From NCBI RefSeq assembly GCF_009914755.1, contig NC_060925.1: a stretch of DNA of 64,000 bases. One strand, written 5' to 3'. Source of the stretch: the human T2T-CHM13v2.0 reference genome, Homo sapiens. The notes below the pieces were generated by a model. That model ran no database searches. It was not told where the DNA came from and saw only the letters and a list, made by a program, of their open reading frames with translations. A program made the position numbers and the translations under genes. Below, in pieces: positions 42,815-64,000 of this stretch. The first letter of the stretch is position 1; each line of letters begins with the position of its first letter.

Positions 42815-43116
42815 GTATGTATATATCATCTGGGGAGCTTGTTAAAGACCACATTTTGTTTAATAGGTCTGGCGTGAGGCTCAAAATTCTCCACTTCTAA
42901 CAAACTACCAGGTGATGCCAATGCTGCTGGTCCATGGCTCACACTTTGAGTATCAGGAATATGATTCTTAAAGTGTGAGTTAAACCAGCAGTATCAGCAT
43001 CACCTAGGAAATTACTAAAACAAATTCTCAGGCTTTACCCTAGGCCTACTGAATCAGAAAGCAGAGTGGGCCTCTGCAAGAATGATTCTGATGCATGCTA
43101 ACATTCAAGGACCACT
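42815..43116. mobile_element. Two adjacent MER5-family MITE pieces
   Basis: ccaggtgatgccaatgctgctggtcc...cacactttgagta and accagcagtatcagcatcacct...cctactgaatcagaa. Confidence 0.7.
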
Positions 43117-43200
43117 GAAAAACTGAAAAATATTTAAGAACAGAAAAAATGTTTAAAGATAAATCAAAGATTTTAAAACTGCTATTTACCATTTGTACCT

Positions 43201-43517
43201 TCTTTTCTTTTTTCTTTCTTTTTTTTTCTTTTTTTTTTTTTTTTTGAGACAGAGTCTCAATCTGTCACCCAGGCTGGAGTGCAGTGGTGCACTGCAACGT
43301 CCACCTCTCGAGTTCAAGTGATTCTCCTGCCTCAGCCTACTGAATAGCTGGGACTACAGGCATATGCCACCACGGTTGGCTAATTTTTTTTGTATTTTTA
43401 GTAGAGATGGGGTTTCACCATGTTAGCCAGGATGGTCTCAATCTCTTGACCTCGTGATCTGCTCACCTCGGCCTCCCAAAGTGCTAGGATTACAGGTGTG
43501 AGCCACTGTGCCTGGCC
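43201..43517 (-). mobile_element. AluS, antisense
   Basis: TSD ttgtacctt. Confidence 0.93.
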
Positions 43518-44184
43518 TTGTACCTTATTTTCAACCAATTATCTGACTTAGTGTCCAGAATCATACAGAGAGTGGGAGGCTACTAGTAATATATAATACA
43601 ATTCCTTCCCTTAGATAATTTGTAATCTATTTGAGGAGACAAAATGTACATTCATAAAACAAAGAGTTAGAATGTTCTAGAAAAAACTTCACTAACATAA
43701 AAGTTCATTAACTACACAAGCCTAGAGAGGGACTTAGAAAGACAAGATTTATAGAAGCAGAAAGGATGGAAGACATTTCACCTAGAAATTATTGCTATTA
43801 ATGTTTTAATTGGTTAGCTTAAATCATTTAACACAACTTTGAAAGTAAGACTTCAAATGCTTCTTAATATATTATTATTCTTAATTTGCTTTACTTTGTA
43901 ATTTGAAATACCAAAATGTATTACAGATCTGATCAAAGAAAACTCTAAAATGTCTTTAAGAGAAAAATCTATCCCATTTCTCATATTCAAGGTTATTTGC
44001 AAAGAGTTTAAGTACAAATTATTAAATTATAAGGCTAAACTTATTTCCCAGCAGCTATCATTTAACCATATTTTATTACTTGTACTATTCTTTTCCAAAT
44101 CAATGATAATATGTAGACTGCCTTTTAAGACTAAAACTAATATTTTAGTACTTATAATTACTTACAATTCTTATAACAATGCTA

Positions 44185-44355
<171 letters not shown>

Positions 44356-45304
44356 CTACAAAATATATACACAAACCTCTCTCCAAAATCTTTAGACTTG
44401 AAAATCGTAATTCTGTATTACCACTATAAACATTGAGTTACGTGCAAATACGTGATCATGCATGCAACTGTTAATTGTAAAGATAATATTTAAAAATATT
44501 GAAAATTTAAATATCTGTTAGAGAGTCATTAGACTTAGAAGGTTGAGGTCATATAATCCATTATCTTACTCTTCCACCCAAATGATTCTCTAGAAAGGAG
44601 TCCACTCTTTAAGCAATTGTTTCAATAGTTATAAAAATTTATATCTACTGTAAATCCCACTTAATGCCACTAAAGTATATTTCTTCATTTTAGTGGAAAT
44701 TTTAAAAATTCTTTAAAAAGATGCTCTTATTTTTCTACTTCCTTTAATTCTTTTTCTCATTCAGTTCTCCAGTCCTTCAATGATCTTTGTGATTGTTATC
44801 TAAAGACTCAAGCTCTTAATTTTTAATTATTTATTTATTTATTGTTAAAGACAAGGTCTTTCTGTGTTGCCCAGGCTGGTCTCAAACTTCAGCTCAAGTG
44901 ATCCTCCCGTCTCAGCTCCTAAAGTGCTGGGATTACAGGAGTGAACCACTGTGCTTGGCCTCAAGTTTTTTATGTCCTGATTATTCAGAAGCTGTTAGAA
45001 CTAATCACAACACCTAACAGCAACATCTGATAACTTACATGTCTTATTTCTTTAAACTATCAAATGACTGACTCATGATTTATGTTATAGCCACTCTTTT
45101 CCAGATTTTAAAAAGTCACCCTTATAAAACAAAGCTAAATATTCTTTACTTTGGACCTAGCATTTCATTTTTCCTAAATGTACTATGACACTCCAGTACT
45201 CATTTTGTTGATGTCTACCAGTTACTAAGTTTAATTAGAATTCCACTAAAAGATGAAGAAATTGCTACCCTTTATTTGTATATTAAGATCACTCAAAGCT
45301 GTCA

Positions 45305-45652
<348 letters not shown>

Positions 45653-45693
45653 TTATTGTCATTCAACAATACTGCTGTTACTAAAGTTTTTCC

Positions 45694-45694
<1 letters not shown>

Positions 45695-45743
<49 letters not shown>

Positions 45744-45751
45744 ATGCGCAT
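45695..45751. repeat. (TG)n microsatellite / alternating purine-pyrimidine tract
   Basis: tgtgtgcg(tg)n cgcatgcgcat. Confidence 0.97.
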
Positions 45752-46657
45752 TTTTAGAGATGGTTCTCGCTATGTTGCCCAGGCTAGTCTCGAACTCCTG
45801 GGCTCAAGTGATCCTCCTGCCTCACCTCCTGAGTAAGTTGGGACTACAGGTGCATAGCACAGTGCCCAGCTTCACATATTTTTAACAAATAATATATAGT
45901 ACATACATAACTATAGTGTAATCTTTTTCTTTTTTTTTTGAGACAGTCTTGCTCTTTCACCCAGGCTGGAGTGCAGTGGCTTGATTATGGCTCACTGCAA
46001 CCTGGGCTCAAGTGATTGTCCCACCTCAGCCTCCCAAGTAACTGGGACTACAGGTGTGTGCCACCACATCCAGCTAACTTTTGAATTTTTTGTAGAGATG
46101 GGGTTTCACTATGTTGCCCAGACTGCTCTCAAACTCCAGGACTCTAGCAATCCACCTGCCTCAGCCTTCCAAAGTGCTGGGATTACAGGCGTGAGGCACC
46201 ATATCCAGCTTTTGTTGTTGTTGTTGTTGTTGGTTAGACAATGAGAATACTCTTACTTCAACGTCAAAAAGAGAGAAAGTTTCTAAATATGTTCAGGACC
46301 TAAAATAAATTTAGTAAATTCTGCTTTTCTACTTCTGTTTTGGTGAGTTAGCATGTGATATTAGCCTTTTTGAGAAAATGATGAGCATATTTTAACATAG
46401 CTTTACATCTGGGTTTTCCTTAGTAAAGTGATGTGAAAAGCAGTAAAGATAGATAAGAAAAAAGTGCTTTGGGTAAAAAATATAAATGGAGCTATAGAAA
46501 ATATGACGAACATGTCTTAATTATAAAATGAACATAAAGGATTTTTGTAAAACATAAATTCTATTGTAATTTCCAATAATTCCATTAAGCATGTTTAGAA
46601 TACACAATTTGTCCAGTATACATTGCTGTAAAAAAAACTACAAAGGATGCCCTGCTA

Positions 46658-46813
<156 letters not shown>

Positions 46814-46933
46814 CTAAAAAGAAATAAAACACTTGCGCTTTCAATAATAGGTTAAACTGAAACATGTCATTTTAATCAGTTACTTACTGGACAAGTACTT
46901 TTCCCAAAAGACTTATCATTTATTAAAGACTAG

Positions 46934-47278
<345 letters not shown>

Positions 47279-47583
47279 TAGTAGAGACGGGGTTTCTCCA
47301 TGTTGGCCAGGCTGCTCTTAAACTCCTGACCTCAGGCAATCCGCCCACCTCGACCTCCCAAACTGCTGGGATTACAGGCATAAGCCACCGTGCCCGGCAA
47401 CGTAAGTATTATTACCCCCGCTATAAGGTTAAGGAAATTGAACCTTGGCAAGATTAAATGAATTGTCAAAATTAGTAGTGAAGCCAAGCTTTAGATGCAG
47501 TTCAATATGACACCAGATCTCATGCTCTTCCCTATGTATCATTTTGTTTTCTTTAACTCAAAATGACCCTCCAGTTTTAGTAA

Positions 47584-47863
<280 letters not shown>

Positions 47864-47937
47864 TGAGCCACCGTGCCCGGCCCCCAGATAAACAAAATTA
47901 TACTTATCAAAGATTCTAAAATATGCATTGGGAGTAG

Positions 47938-48105
<168 letters not shown>

Positions 48106-48271
48106 TGAGTAGCTGGGACTAGAGGCACACATTGCCATGCCTGGGTAATTTTTGTATTTTTTGTAGAGGTGGGGTTTCTCTATATTGCCCAGGCTGGTCT
48201 CAAACTCCTCAGCTCAAGTGATCACCCACCTCAGCCTCCCAGAGTGCTGGGATTACAGGTAGAAGCCATCA

Positions 48272-48670
<399 letters not shown>

Positions 48671-48693
48671 CTATCGTTCTTTGATCCCAATGA

Positions 48694-49104
<411 letters not shown>

Positions 49105-49299
49105 TGAAAAATTAACTTGTAAATTCTTAACTAAAGAAAACCTTCATTTATATAGATATTTCCTTCTAGTATATTTCCCATGCATATATTCATTTATTCA
49201 TATGCCAATCAATCATACCATATATTGTATATACTTTTGAATTCTGATTTTGTCATTATATCACCTTCCCCATGTCTTTAAATAATTTTTCAAAGCCTA

Positions 49300-49732
49300 T
49301 TTTTTTAATGATTAAAGTTTCAACTTATTTTAGATATGGGGGTGCATGTGCAGGGTTTACTATGTTCGTTTATTGCATCCAGGTATTGAGCATAGTACCC
49401 GATAGGTAGTTTTTCAACAGACATCCCCTCCCTTCTTCCTCCTGCACCAGTAGTTAGCAGTGTCTATTGTTCTCATGTTTGTGTCCATGTGTGCTTAGTG
49501 TTTAGCTCCTGCTTGTAAGTGAGAACATGCAGTATTTGGTTTTCTGTTCCTGCATTAATTCACTTAGGATAATGGCCTTCAGGTGCATCCACGCCACTGC
49601 AAAGGACATGATTTCATTCTTTTTATGGCTGCATAGTATTCCATGGTGTACATGTACCACATTTACATTATTCAATCCACCATCAATGGGCACCTCGGTT
49701 GATTCCCTGTCTTTGCTATTATGAATAGCACA
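49300..49732 (-). mobile_element. L1PA (older) 3' end, antisense
   Basis: ORF2 C-terminal peptide (49502-49693), TSD tcaaagccta. Confidence 0.85.
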
Positions 49733-50289
49733 TCAAAGCCTAACTTTTAACAATTACATACTAATGTATCAAACAGATATATTACAACTCATGTTATGAA
49801 TTTCTCACTCTTATTTGGATGGTTTATGAGTTTTCAACATTATGAAAATACTATAACAGATCCTTATGTATATCTCTAGTTATTTCTTTAGGAAACATTA
49901 CTAGACAGGAAATTGCTGAATCAAAAGGTATAAACATTTTAAGACTCTTGGATATACTTTGCCAAATTCCTCTCCAGAAAAGCTTAATCAATTAAAACTT
50001 GGGTTAAGAATGCTCGTTTTGTCATAAACAAAACAACATGGGATTTTTAAAAAATTTGTACAATATTTGCCATTTTAACGGACAAAAGTCCTCCTCACCT
50101 CATTTTCATTTCCATTTATTTGATAAGTGAGAGTGAACACTTTTTCCAGATATATGTAAAATTCCTATAAACCTTACTAAATCAGCAACCTACAAACTCA
50201 TTTGTGCAGGTATTACATACATTGGAAGCAGATAGCACAAGACTACCTCTGTAAATAAATAATTTGTAAGAACTCTGAAACCCTCCTCA

Positions 50290-51280
50290 TTTATATTTTT
50301 TTTATTCACTGAAATAAGAAACACAGGAGAGAGAAAAAAGTGTGATAGAGGAAGACGATGAGTTTAATTTTGGTGCCAATAAATTTGAAGTGCCAGTGGA
50401 GTCACTAGATAGAGGTATCCAGCAGACTATGGATATAAGGGTCTAGAATATAGGACCTGACTAGACATAAGGTCATAGAATTATTTACTTATATGATAAT
50501 TTGAGCACAGGAATGGATGAAATTAGCTACAAGAATGCGTAAAGAGGGAAAGATAGCAACCTAGAACAGAACACTGAGGAATATTTAACAAACTGGCGGA
50601 AACACAAGATCTCACAAAGAATATTGAAAAGTAGGCAAAGAGGTGGTAGAAAAAAATCAGGAGACTAGGATGTCATGGAAGGAGGAAGTACAGTTGACCC
50701 TTGAACAACATGGGTTTGAACTGCATAGACCAACTTATACACAGATTTTTTTCAACCAAACACACATCAAAATACAGTATTTGCAGGATGAAAATCTGAG
50801 TATATGGAGAGCAGACTTTGAATTTTGTATATATGGGTTCTGCAGGGCTGACAGCAGGACTTGAGTACACACGGATTTGGATACATGCCAAGTGTCTGTG
50901 GACTAATCTCTGTCTATACTGAGGGACAAATGTAGTTGGTAGTGTCAAATGCTGCTCAAAGATTAACAAGATGGTAATCTCTGAGTTGTACCTACTGCAA
51001 TTGGCCAGAGGGAGATTCTACGTGACCACAACAGCATTTTCAGTGATATTCTGCAGACAGAAGCCGGATCACAGTGAGTAGAGGAATAAATACGAAGAAG
51101 TGGAAATAAATGCAGATAAATATTTCAAGTAGTTTTTCTCTGCAAGGTAAGAAACAGAGATGTGGTGTTTAAGGTAGATATTGTTTTGCTATTTAAAATA
51201 GAACAGAATTGAACATATCTCACTGCATTCAGGAAGGAGAGAGTAGAGAGGAGAGGTTAAAGACACAAGGAAGAGATGAC
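50290..51280. mobile_element. L2 remnants with inserted MER8/Tigger2-type MITE (~50691-50932)
   Basis: cagttgacccttgaacaacatgggtttgaactgc...tactgagggacaaatg. Confidence 0.65.
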
Positions 51281-51848
51281 AGCACAGAAATGGTGAAGTA
51301 ATGGCTCTTCCACTGAAGCAAACATTAAGTTGGCAAAAACTATGGAATCAACTTTTGGGAGCTCTAGAACCTAAATCAAACACAGCAACAAAGGAAATGC
51401 TTAATGAAGTGGCTGCTAAAATTCAGTAAACAAGTGTGGCATTTTTTTGCTTACCCACCTACCATCCCCCAATCCCCTGCTCTGCAGCAGCAATGGAAAT
51501 GGCAGCCCACATTCCTGGTGTAGCTTGCTGGTGCCAGCAGGCCACCAGGTGGTAGGGTGCAATATAGGCTTTGTTCTCAAAATACTATGGTTGTAAATTC
51601 TGACCTATCTGGTAGTTCTCTGACAGACTGGCAAAGAAAGATGATATTTTTTTTCACCCCTCAGGTTGGAGTGGCTTTCCCTTTGCCCCATAGATGCCTA
51701 GCGCAAAGAACACAGAAAGAGACAAGCAAGATTCCTCAGACGAGGGGCTGAAGAGAAAGATTTTTGGAGGAATAAGGGCTTGAAAGGAATCAGGGCTTCC
51801 CATATACCAGGAAATCAGTAGTGAAATGCACATGCACTGCAGGGCTAG

Positions 51849-52415
<567 letters not shown>

Positions 52416-53097
52416 TGAGATAACACAACAAAGACTTCAAGTGCCACAAAGAAAAGGAATACAGCCTTTGCAAATTAGTTTAGAAAAGTCATTAAACAAA
52501 CATACAGCTGCAGTCATAAACAACCGAAACAAACCCTGGGGAGGAGTAGAATCCAATTTCCAGAGTTACCATATTATAATATCTAAAATGTCCAGCTTTC
52601 AACAAAAAAATTGCAAGACATACAAAAAAAATAAGATACCATGACCCATTCACAGGAAAAATAAATTGACAGAAACTATCCCTGAGGAAGCCCAGATAAG
52701 ACTTTGGACTTACTAGACAAAGACTTTAACTCTACTGTTTTAAGTGTGCACAAAGAGCTAAAGGAAACAATAAAGAACTAGAAGCAACCAGGAGAACAAT
52801 GTCTGAACAAATAAAGAATATCAATAAAAATATAAACAAAATAGAAATTCTGTAGTTGAAAAGTGTGATAGCTGAAGTGAAAAATTCACTAGAGGGGTTC
52901 AACAGCAGATTTGAGCAAGCAGAAAAAATAATCAGCAATCTTGATGAAAGCACAATAGAAATTATCCAGCCTGAGATCAGAAAGAAAAGAACTATAGAAA
53001 AAAATGAACAGCATCAAAGGGACCAGTGGGATATTATGAAGCATATAAATATACTTATTAGGAAGTGTCAGAAGAAGAGGAAAGAGAGAAAAGGGTG

Positions 53098-54700
<1,603 letters not shown>

Positions 54701-54883
54701 AAAGGCAGAAAAAATACTTGAAAACGTAATGGCCGAAAACATCCCAAATTTCATTAAAGACATGAATCTACATATCCAAGAAGTGTAATGGACTTTAAGT
54801 AAGATAAACACAAAGAAACACACATTAACAAATATTATAATCAAACAATTAAAATCCAAAGATAGGCGGGGCACAGTGGCTCA

Positions 54884-55220
<337 letters not shown>

Positions 55221-56216
55221 TTAAGTATAAGAGATCTTTAATAAGATTAAGGCTGCTTTCTCATCAGAAACCATGGAAGCCAGAAAGCAGTGGGATTTAA
55301 AAGTGCTGAAAGATAAACAACCAAAAATTCTATATCTAGAAAAAATACCTTTTCAAAATGAAGAAGAAATTGACATTTCTAGATAAAAAAAGTTAGGCCT
55401 ATCCTAAAAGAAATGCTAAAGGAGTCCTTCAGACTGAAATGAAATAGACAACAGAAGTAACTCAAAGCCATATAAAGAAATAAAAAAATTCCAGTAAAGG
55501 TAAAATCAAGGGTAAATATAAAGGCAGTATTACTGTATTTTTGGTTTGTGACTCCTTTTTTTGTTTCCTATATAATTTAAGATACCGATGCCTAAAACAA
55601 TCCTTGTAAATCCATGCTAATGGGGAAACAATGTATAAAGATGTAATTTGTAACAATAACAACATAAAGGGACGATGGAGCTGTATGCTATTAAAGCAAA
55701 GTTGGTATCAATTCAAACTCAATCGTTATAAATGTAGGATGTGAATTACAATTCCCTTGATAATCACCAAGAATATAACTAAAAAATACATACAAAAGGA
55801 AATGTGGAGTAAATCAAAATGGTACACTAAAAAAAAAATCATAAAACACAAAAGAAGATGGTACTGAAAGCACTGCGTAACAAAAAAAAGATATTACTTG
55901 TAGGAAAAACAGTAGCCAATGACAGAAGTAAGTCCTTCCTTATCAGTAAACATTTTAAATGTAAATGGATTAAGATCACCAATTAAAAAAGACAGGTAGA
56001 AAGGATAAAGAAAAATAATCCAACTATATGATGTTACAAGAATCTCATTTCAGGCCGGGTGTGGTGGCTCATGCCTGTAATCCCAACCCTTTGGGAGGGC
56101 GAGGTGGGCGGATCATGAGGTCAGGAATTTGAGACCAGCCTGGCCAACATGGTGAAACCCCATCTTTACTAAAAATACAAAAATTAGCCAGGCATGGTGG
56201 TGCATAATCCCAGCTA

Positions 56217-56367
<151 letters not shown>

Positions 56368-56955
56368 TCACTTTAGATTCAAAGACACAAGTAGGTTAAC
56401 AGTGAAAGAATAAAAAGATATTCTGTACAAACAGTAATTGAAAAAGAGCTGGGGTGGCTATACTAACATTAGATAAAATAGACTTTAATAACACAATTGT
56501 TGCTAGAGACAAAGAAAGGTATTATATATTAACAAAAGAGTTAATTCATCAAGAAGATGTACCAATAAGCATATGCAAACCAAACAACAAGGTCTCAAAA
56601 TGTATGAAGTAAAACATTCACAGAATTGAAGTAAGAAATAGTTTTATAATAATAGTTGAAGATTTCTATACCACTTTCAAAAATAACTAGAACATCTAGA
56701 CAGAAGAACAATAAGGAAATAGAGGACTTGAACAACAGTATAATCTAACTAGACCTAACATACATATATACACTGCCCCCCAAGTCCAACACAAAAGGAT
56801 ATGCATTCTTCTGGAATGCATATGGAACATTCTCCAAGATATACCATCTATTAGGCCACAAAACAAGTCTCAATAAATACATCTTCTCTGACTACAATGG
56901 AATTAAAGTAGAAGTCAATTATGGAAAGAAAACTGAAAAATTTAGACATATGTGA

Positions 56956-57178
<223 letters not shown>

Positions 57179-59211
57179 TAGCCAGGATGGTCTCTATCTC
57201 CTGACCTTGTGATCCGCCCCTCTCGGCCTCCCAAAGTGCTGGGATTACAGGCGTGAGCCACTGCGCCCGGCCTGACAACATATTCTTAAATAACAAATGG
57301 CTCAAAGATGAAACAAAAGGAAAATCTGAAGATACTTTGAGATAAATGAAAATGAAAACACAACATACCAAAATTTATAGGATGCAGGAAAAACAGAGCT
57401 CAGAGAGAAATTTATAGCAGTAAATGCCTACATTAAAAAAGAAAGATCTCAAATCAGCAATCTAATTTTACAACTTAAGAAACTAGAAAAAGCAAATTAA
57501 ACCCAAAGCCAACAGTAAAAGGAAACGATACAGATTAGAGTTCAATGAAATAGAGAATAGGAAAAATAAAAACAAAATCAAAAATTAATTTTTTGAAAAG
57601 ATCAACAAAATTGACAAAAGTTTAGCTAGACTAAGAGAAAGAGGAGGCACAAACAACTAAAATCAGATATGAAGGTAGATACATTACTACTGACCTTAAA
57701 GAAATAAAAATTATTTATAATGATATTCTATGATTATACTATCATTATATGTACACCTATGAACAATTGTACACCAACAAATGCACTGATTTCATACCAA
57801 CAAAAATTAAGTATACAAATTCCTAGAAACACACAGTTTACCAAAACTGGCTCTAGAAGAAATATAAAATCTGAACAGACCTGTAACAGTAAAGAGATTA
57901 AAAAATCAGTAAGCAAAAATCTCCCAACAAAGAAAAGTCCAAGATCAGATAGCTTCATTGATAAATCTACCAAACATTTCAAAAATTAACACCATGAACA
58001 CTAAATAATAACTTATGAATGCAAAGAGGAAAACAACAGACACTGGTGTCTACTTGAAGGTAGAGGGTGGGAGGAAAGACAGGAGCAGAAAAGATAACTA
58101 TTGGGTACTGGTCTTAATACCTGGGTGATGAAATAATATGTATAACAAACCCCCATGACACGAGTTTACCTATGTAACAAATCTTCACGTGTACCCCCAA
58201 ACCTAAAATAAAAGTTAAAAAAAAAGAATTAACACCAATCTTTCCCAAATTCCTCCAAAATCTGTGAGAACACTTCCTAATTCTCAGGCAAGCATTATCT
58301 GATAACAAAGCTAGACAAAAATACCAGAAGAAAAGAAAACTATACAGCAATATTCCTTTTGAATATAAATGCAAAAATCCTCAATAAATCCTAGCAAACT
58401 GAACTCAACAACATATTTAAAAGGTTATACATGATGATGAAGTGAGATTTATTCCAAGAATTCAAGAGTGATTTAATATACAAAAATCAATCATAACACA
58501 CCACATTAATAGAATGAAGGGGAAAAATAAATTACACAATAATCTCAATTGATGCAGAAAAAGCTATGCCCAGCTAATTTCTGTATTTTTAGTAGAGGTG
58601 GGGTTTCATCATGTTGGCCAGGCTGATCTTGAACTCCTGACTTCAAGTGATCCACCCATCTCGGCCTCCCAGAGTGCTAGGATTACAGGCGTGAGTCACT
58701 GCACCCGGCCAGAAATTTATTTTCTTACAGTTCTGGAGGATGGAAGCCCAAGATCAATGTGTCAACAGATTTGGTTTCTTCTGAGCCTCTCTCAGCTTGC
58801 AGGTGGTTGTGGTTTTGCTCCCTCTTCACATGGTCATCCTTCTGTGCACATGCACTCCTGATGTCTTTTTCTGTGTCCAAATTTCCTTTCTTTTAAGGAT
58901 ATCAGTCAGACTGGAGGAGGGCCAACCCTAATGGCTTCATTTTAATTTAATCATCTCTTTAAACACTTGCTCTCCAAATATGCTTACATTTTAGGGTACT
59001 GGGGTAAGGACTTCAATATATGAATTTTGGAGGGACGCAATTCTGCCAATAACACCCCAAAGTATCAGAAAAGACAATGATGCCCACTTTTGCCACTGCT
59101 GTTCAACATTGAACCAGACGTCCTAGCCAGAGCAACTATGCAAAAAGAAATAAAATGTATCCAAATTGTAAAGGAGGAAGTAAAACTTACTGTTTGCAGA
59201 TGACATGACCC

Positions 59212-59427
59212 TATATATACTCTCCTCTCTCTCTCTATATATATATGTATATATACACATATATATGTATATATACACACACATATATACGTGTGTGTGT
59301 ATATATATACACATATATATACACATATATATACACACATATATACATATATATACACATATATATACATATATATACACATATATATACACATATATAT
59401 ATACATATATATACACACATATATATC
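59212..59427. repeat. Compound (TC)/(TA)/(CA) microsatellite within L1
   Basis: tatatatacacatatatatacac... about 200 bp. Confidence 0.95.
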
Positions 59428-60312
59428 TCCAAGGAATGCACCAAAAACATATGATAGCTAATAAACAAATTCAGCAAAGTTGAAGGATGCAAAATCAGAA
59501 CACAAAATCAGTTTTGTTTTTATATATCACTAATGAACAATCTGAAAAGAAAATTAAGAAAATTCCATTTACAATAGCACACAAAATAATAAAATGCCTA
59601 GAAATAATGTAAACCAAGGAGGTGAAGGACTTGTATACTGAAACTACAAACCATTGCTCAAAGAAATTAAAGAAGGTCAAATAGATGAAAAGCCATCCCA
59701 TGTTCATGGATTGGAAGATTTTAATATTGCTAAAATAGCAATACTACTTACATTGATCTACAGATTCAATGTAATCCCTATCAGAATTTCAATAGCCTTT
59801 TTTTTGAAGAAATGAACATGCTCATCTTCAAATTAATAATGAATTGCAAGGGACCCTGAACAGCCAAACAATACTGAAAAAGAACAAAGTGGAGGACTCA
59901 CTCTTCTGATTCCAAAACTTACTACAAAGCCACAGTAATAAAATAGTGTGGTACTGGCATAAAGATAGGCATATAGACCAGTGGGATAGAACTGAAAATC
60001 CAGAAATAAACCCAATTATGGGCAAGTGATTTTCAACAAGGGTTACAAGATCATTCAATGGGGAAAGAATAGTCTCTTCAACATATGGTGTTGGGACAAA
60101 TAAGTATCTACATGCAAAAGGATAAAGCTGAACCCAAACCCAACACCATATACAAAAATTAACTCAAAATTGATTAACAACCTATATATAAGAGCTAAAA
60201 CCATAAAACTCTTAGGAAAAACCATAAGGGTAAATCTTCATGATCTTGAACTTGGCAGCGGATTCTAAGGTATGACACAAAAGCATGAGTAACAAAAGAA
60301 AAAATAAATTTC

Positions 60313-60727
60313 TGCCTTAGTCTATCTGTGCTGCTGTATAACAGAATGCTACAGACTGTGTAATTTATAAAATAAATTTATTAGCTCACAGTTCTGGAGG
60401 CTAGGAAGTCTAAGGTCAAGGCACTGGCAGGTTTGGTGCCTGGTGAGGCCATTCTCTTCCAAGATGGCACCTTGCCTGCCACTTGGATCCTCACATGGCA
60501 AAAGGCAAGAACTCTGGAGAGGAACTCTGTCTTCACATGGCAGAAGAACAACAGAGGCAGAACCAGCTCCCATAATTCCTTTTTATAGGGGCATTGATCC
60601 ATTTGTGAGGGCCCTATCCTCTTGAAATACCTCCCATTAGGCTTCATCTCCCAACTCTGTTGTGTTGAGGATTAAGTTTCCAAAACTTGAGTTTTGGAGT
60701 GGGGCAAAAACATCCAAACCAAAGCAG
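60313..60727 (-). mobile_element. MST (ERVL-MaLR) solo LTR
   Basis: tgccttagtc...ttagctcacagttctggaggct...catccaaaccaaagca. Confidence 0.8.
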
Positions 60728-61049
60728 CTGAATTTCCTCAAAGTTAAAAACTGTAAGGCATCAAGGGACATTATCAAGAATGTAAAAAAGCCTAGGCACC
60801 ATGCATAGACCACTAGGTGAGGGATAAGGTAATTTTGGGCAGGTCAATGGGTCAAAGCTAATTTCAATTATAAGCATAAAACTGGAATGGTCGTTCACTG
60901 AGGAAGATCAAACTGGGTGTTTGTTTTAACATTTATTGAATTTTCTAACTATGGATCCATGTTTCTTATTGTTACCAAACTTGATAAAGATCTGAAAGTT
61001 GGAGGCCATGACTTGCTTGTTGTAACATATTAAATCAAGAAAGAGGGAT

Positions 61050-64000
<2,951 letters not shown>

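Noticed and set aside
59065-59492. Y/I/H/T-rich ORFs on both strands
   Set aside because: Translation of a TA/CA microsatellite

Overview
Primate, almost certainly human (chr1q25 from recall), AT-rich, Alu/L1-dense genomic DNA with two convergent protein-coding genes. On the + strand (1-~29.15 kb) is the 3' part of DHX9 (RNA helicase A). It has 19 coding exons (the first one cut by the window edge), all GT-AG and in phase, covering helicase motifs I-VI, the HA2/OB region, the NLS and the RGG tail (stop 28598-28600), followed by tandem AATAAA signals. On the - strand (~41.03-46.8 kb) are the last four coding exons of SHCBP1L (beta-helix domain), and its upstream intron fills the rest of the window with nested L1/LTR/Alu repeats. 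Most ORFs in the six-frame track are Alu, L1 or microsatellite artefacts. I found no new gene system with certainty. The best leads are: (i) two BC200 (BCYRN1) retrocopies with TSDs 11.4 kb apart in SHCBP1L introns; (ii) a perfectly phased 79-pentamer higher-order array in place of an Alu tail in a DHX9 intron; (iii) three collapsed sense/antisense Alu chimeras that would form fold-back dsRNA in the pre-mRNA of the helicase that resolves inverted-Alu dsRNA; (iv) several fold-back templated-insertion scars, including a palindromic AT-rich patchwork at 38.1-38.7 kb; (v) a stop-free +1 frame across the RGG exon; (vi) a TSD-bounded, doubly internally deleted L1. Repeat family names come from visual recall of consensus sequences and their boundaries are approximate.
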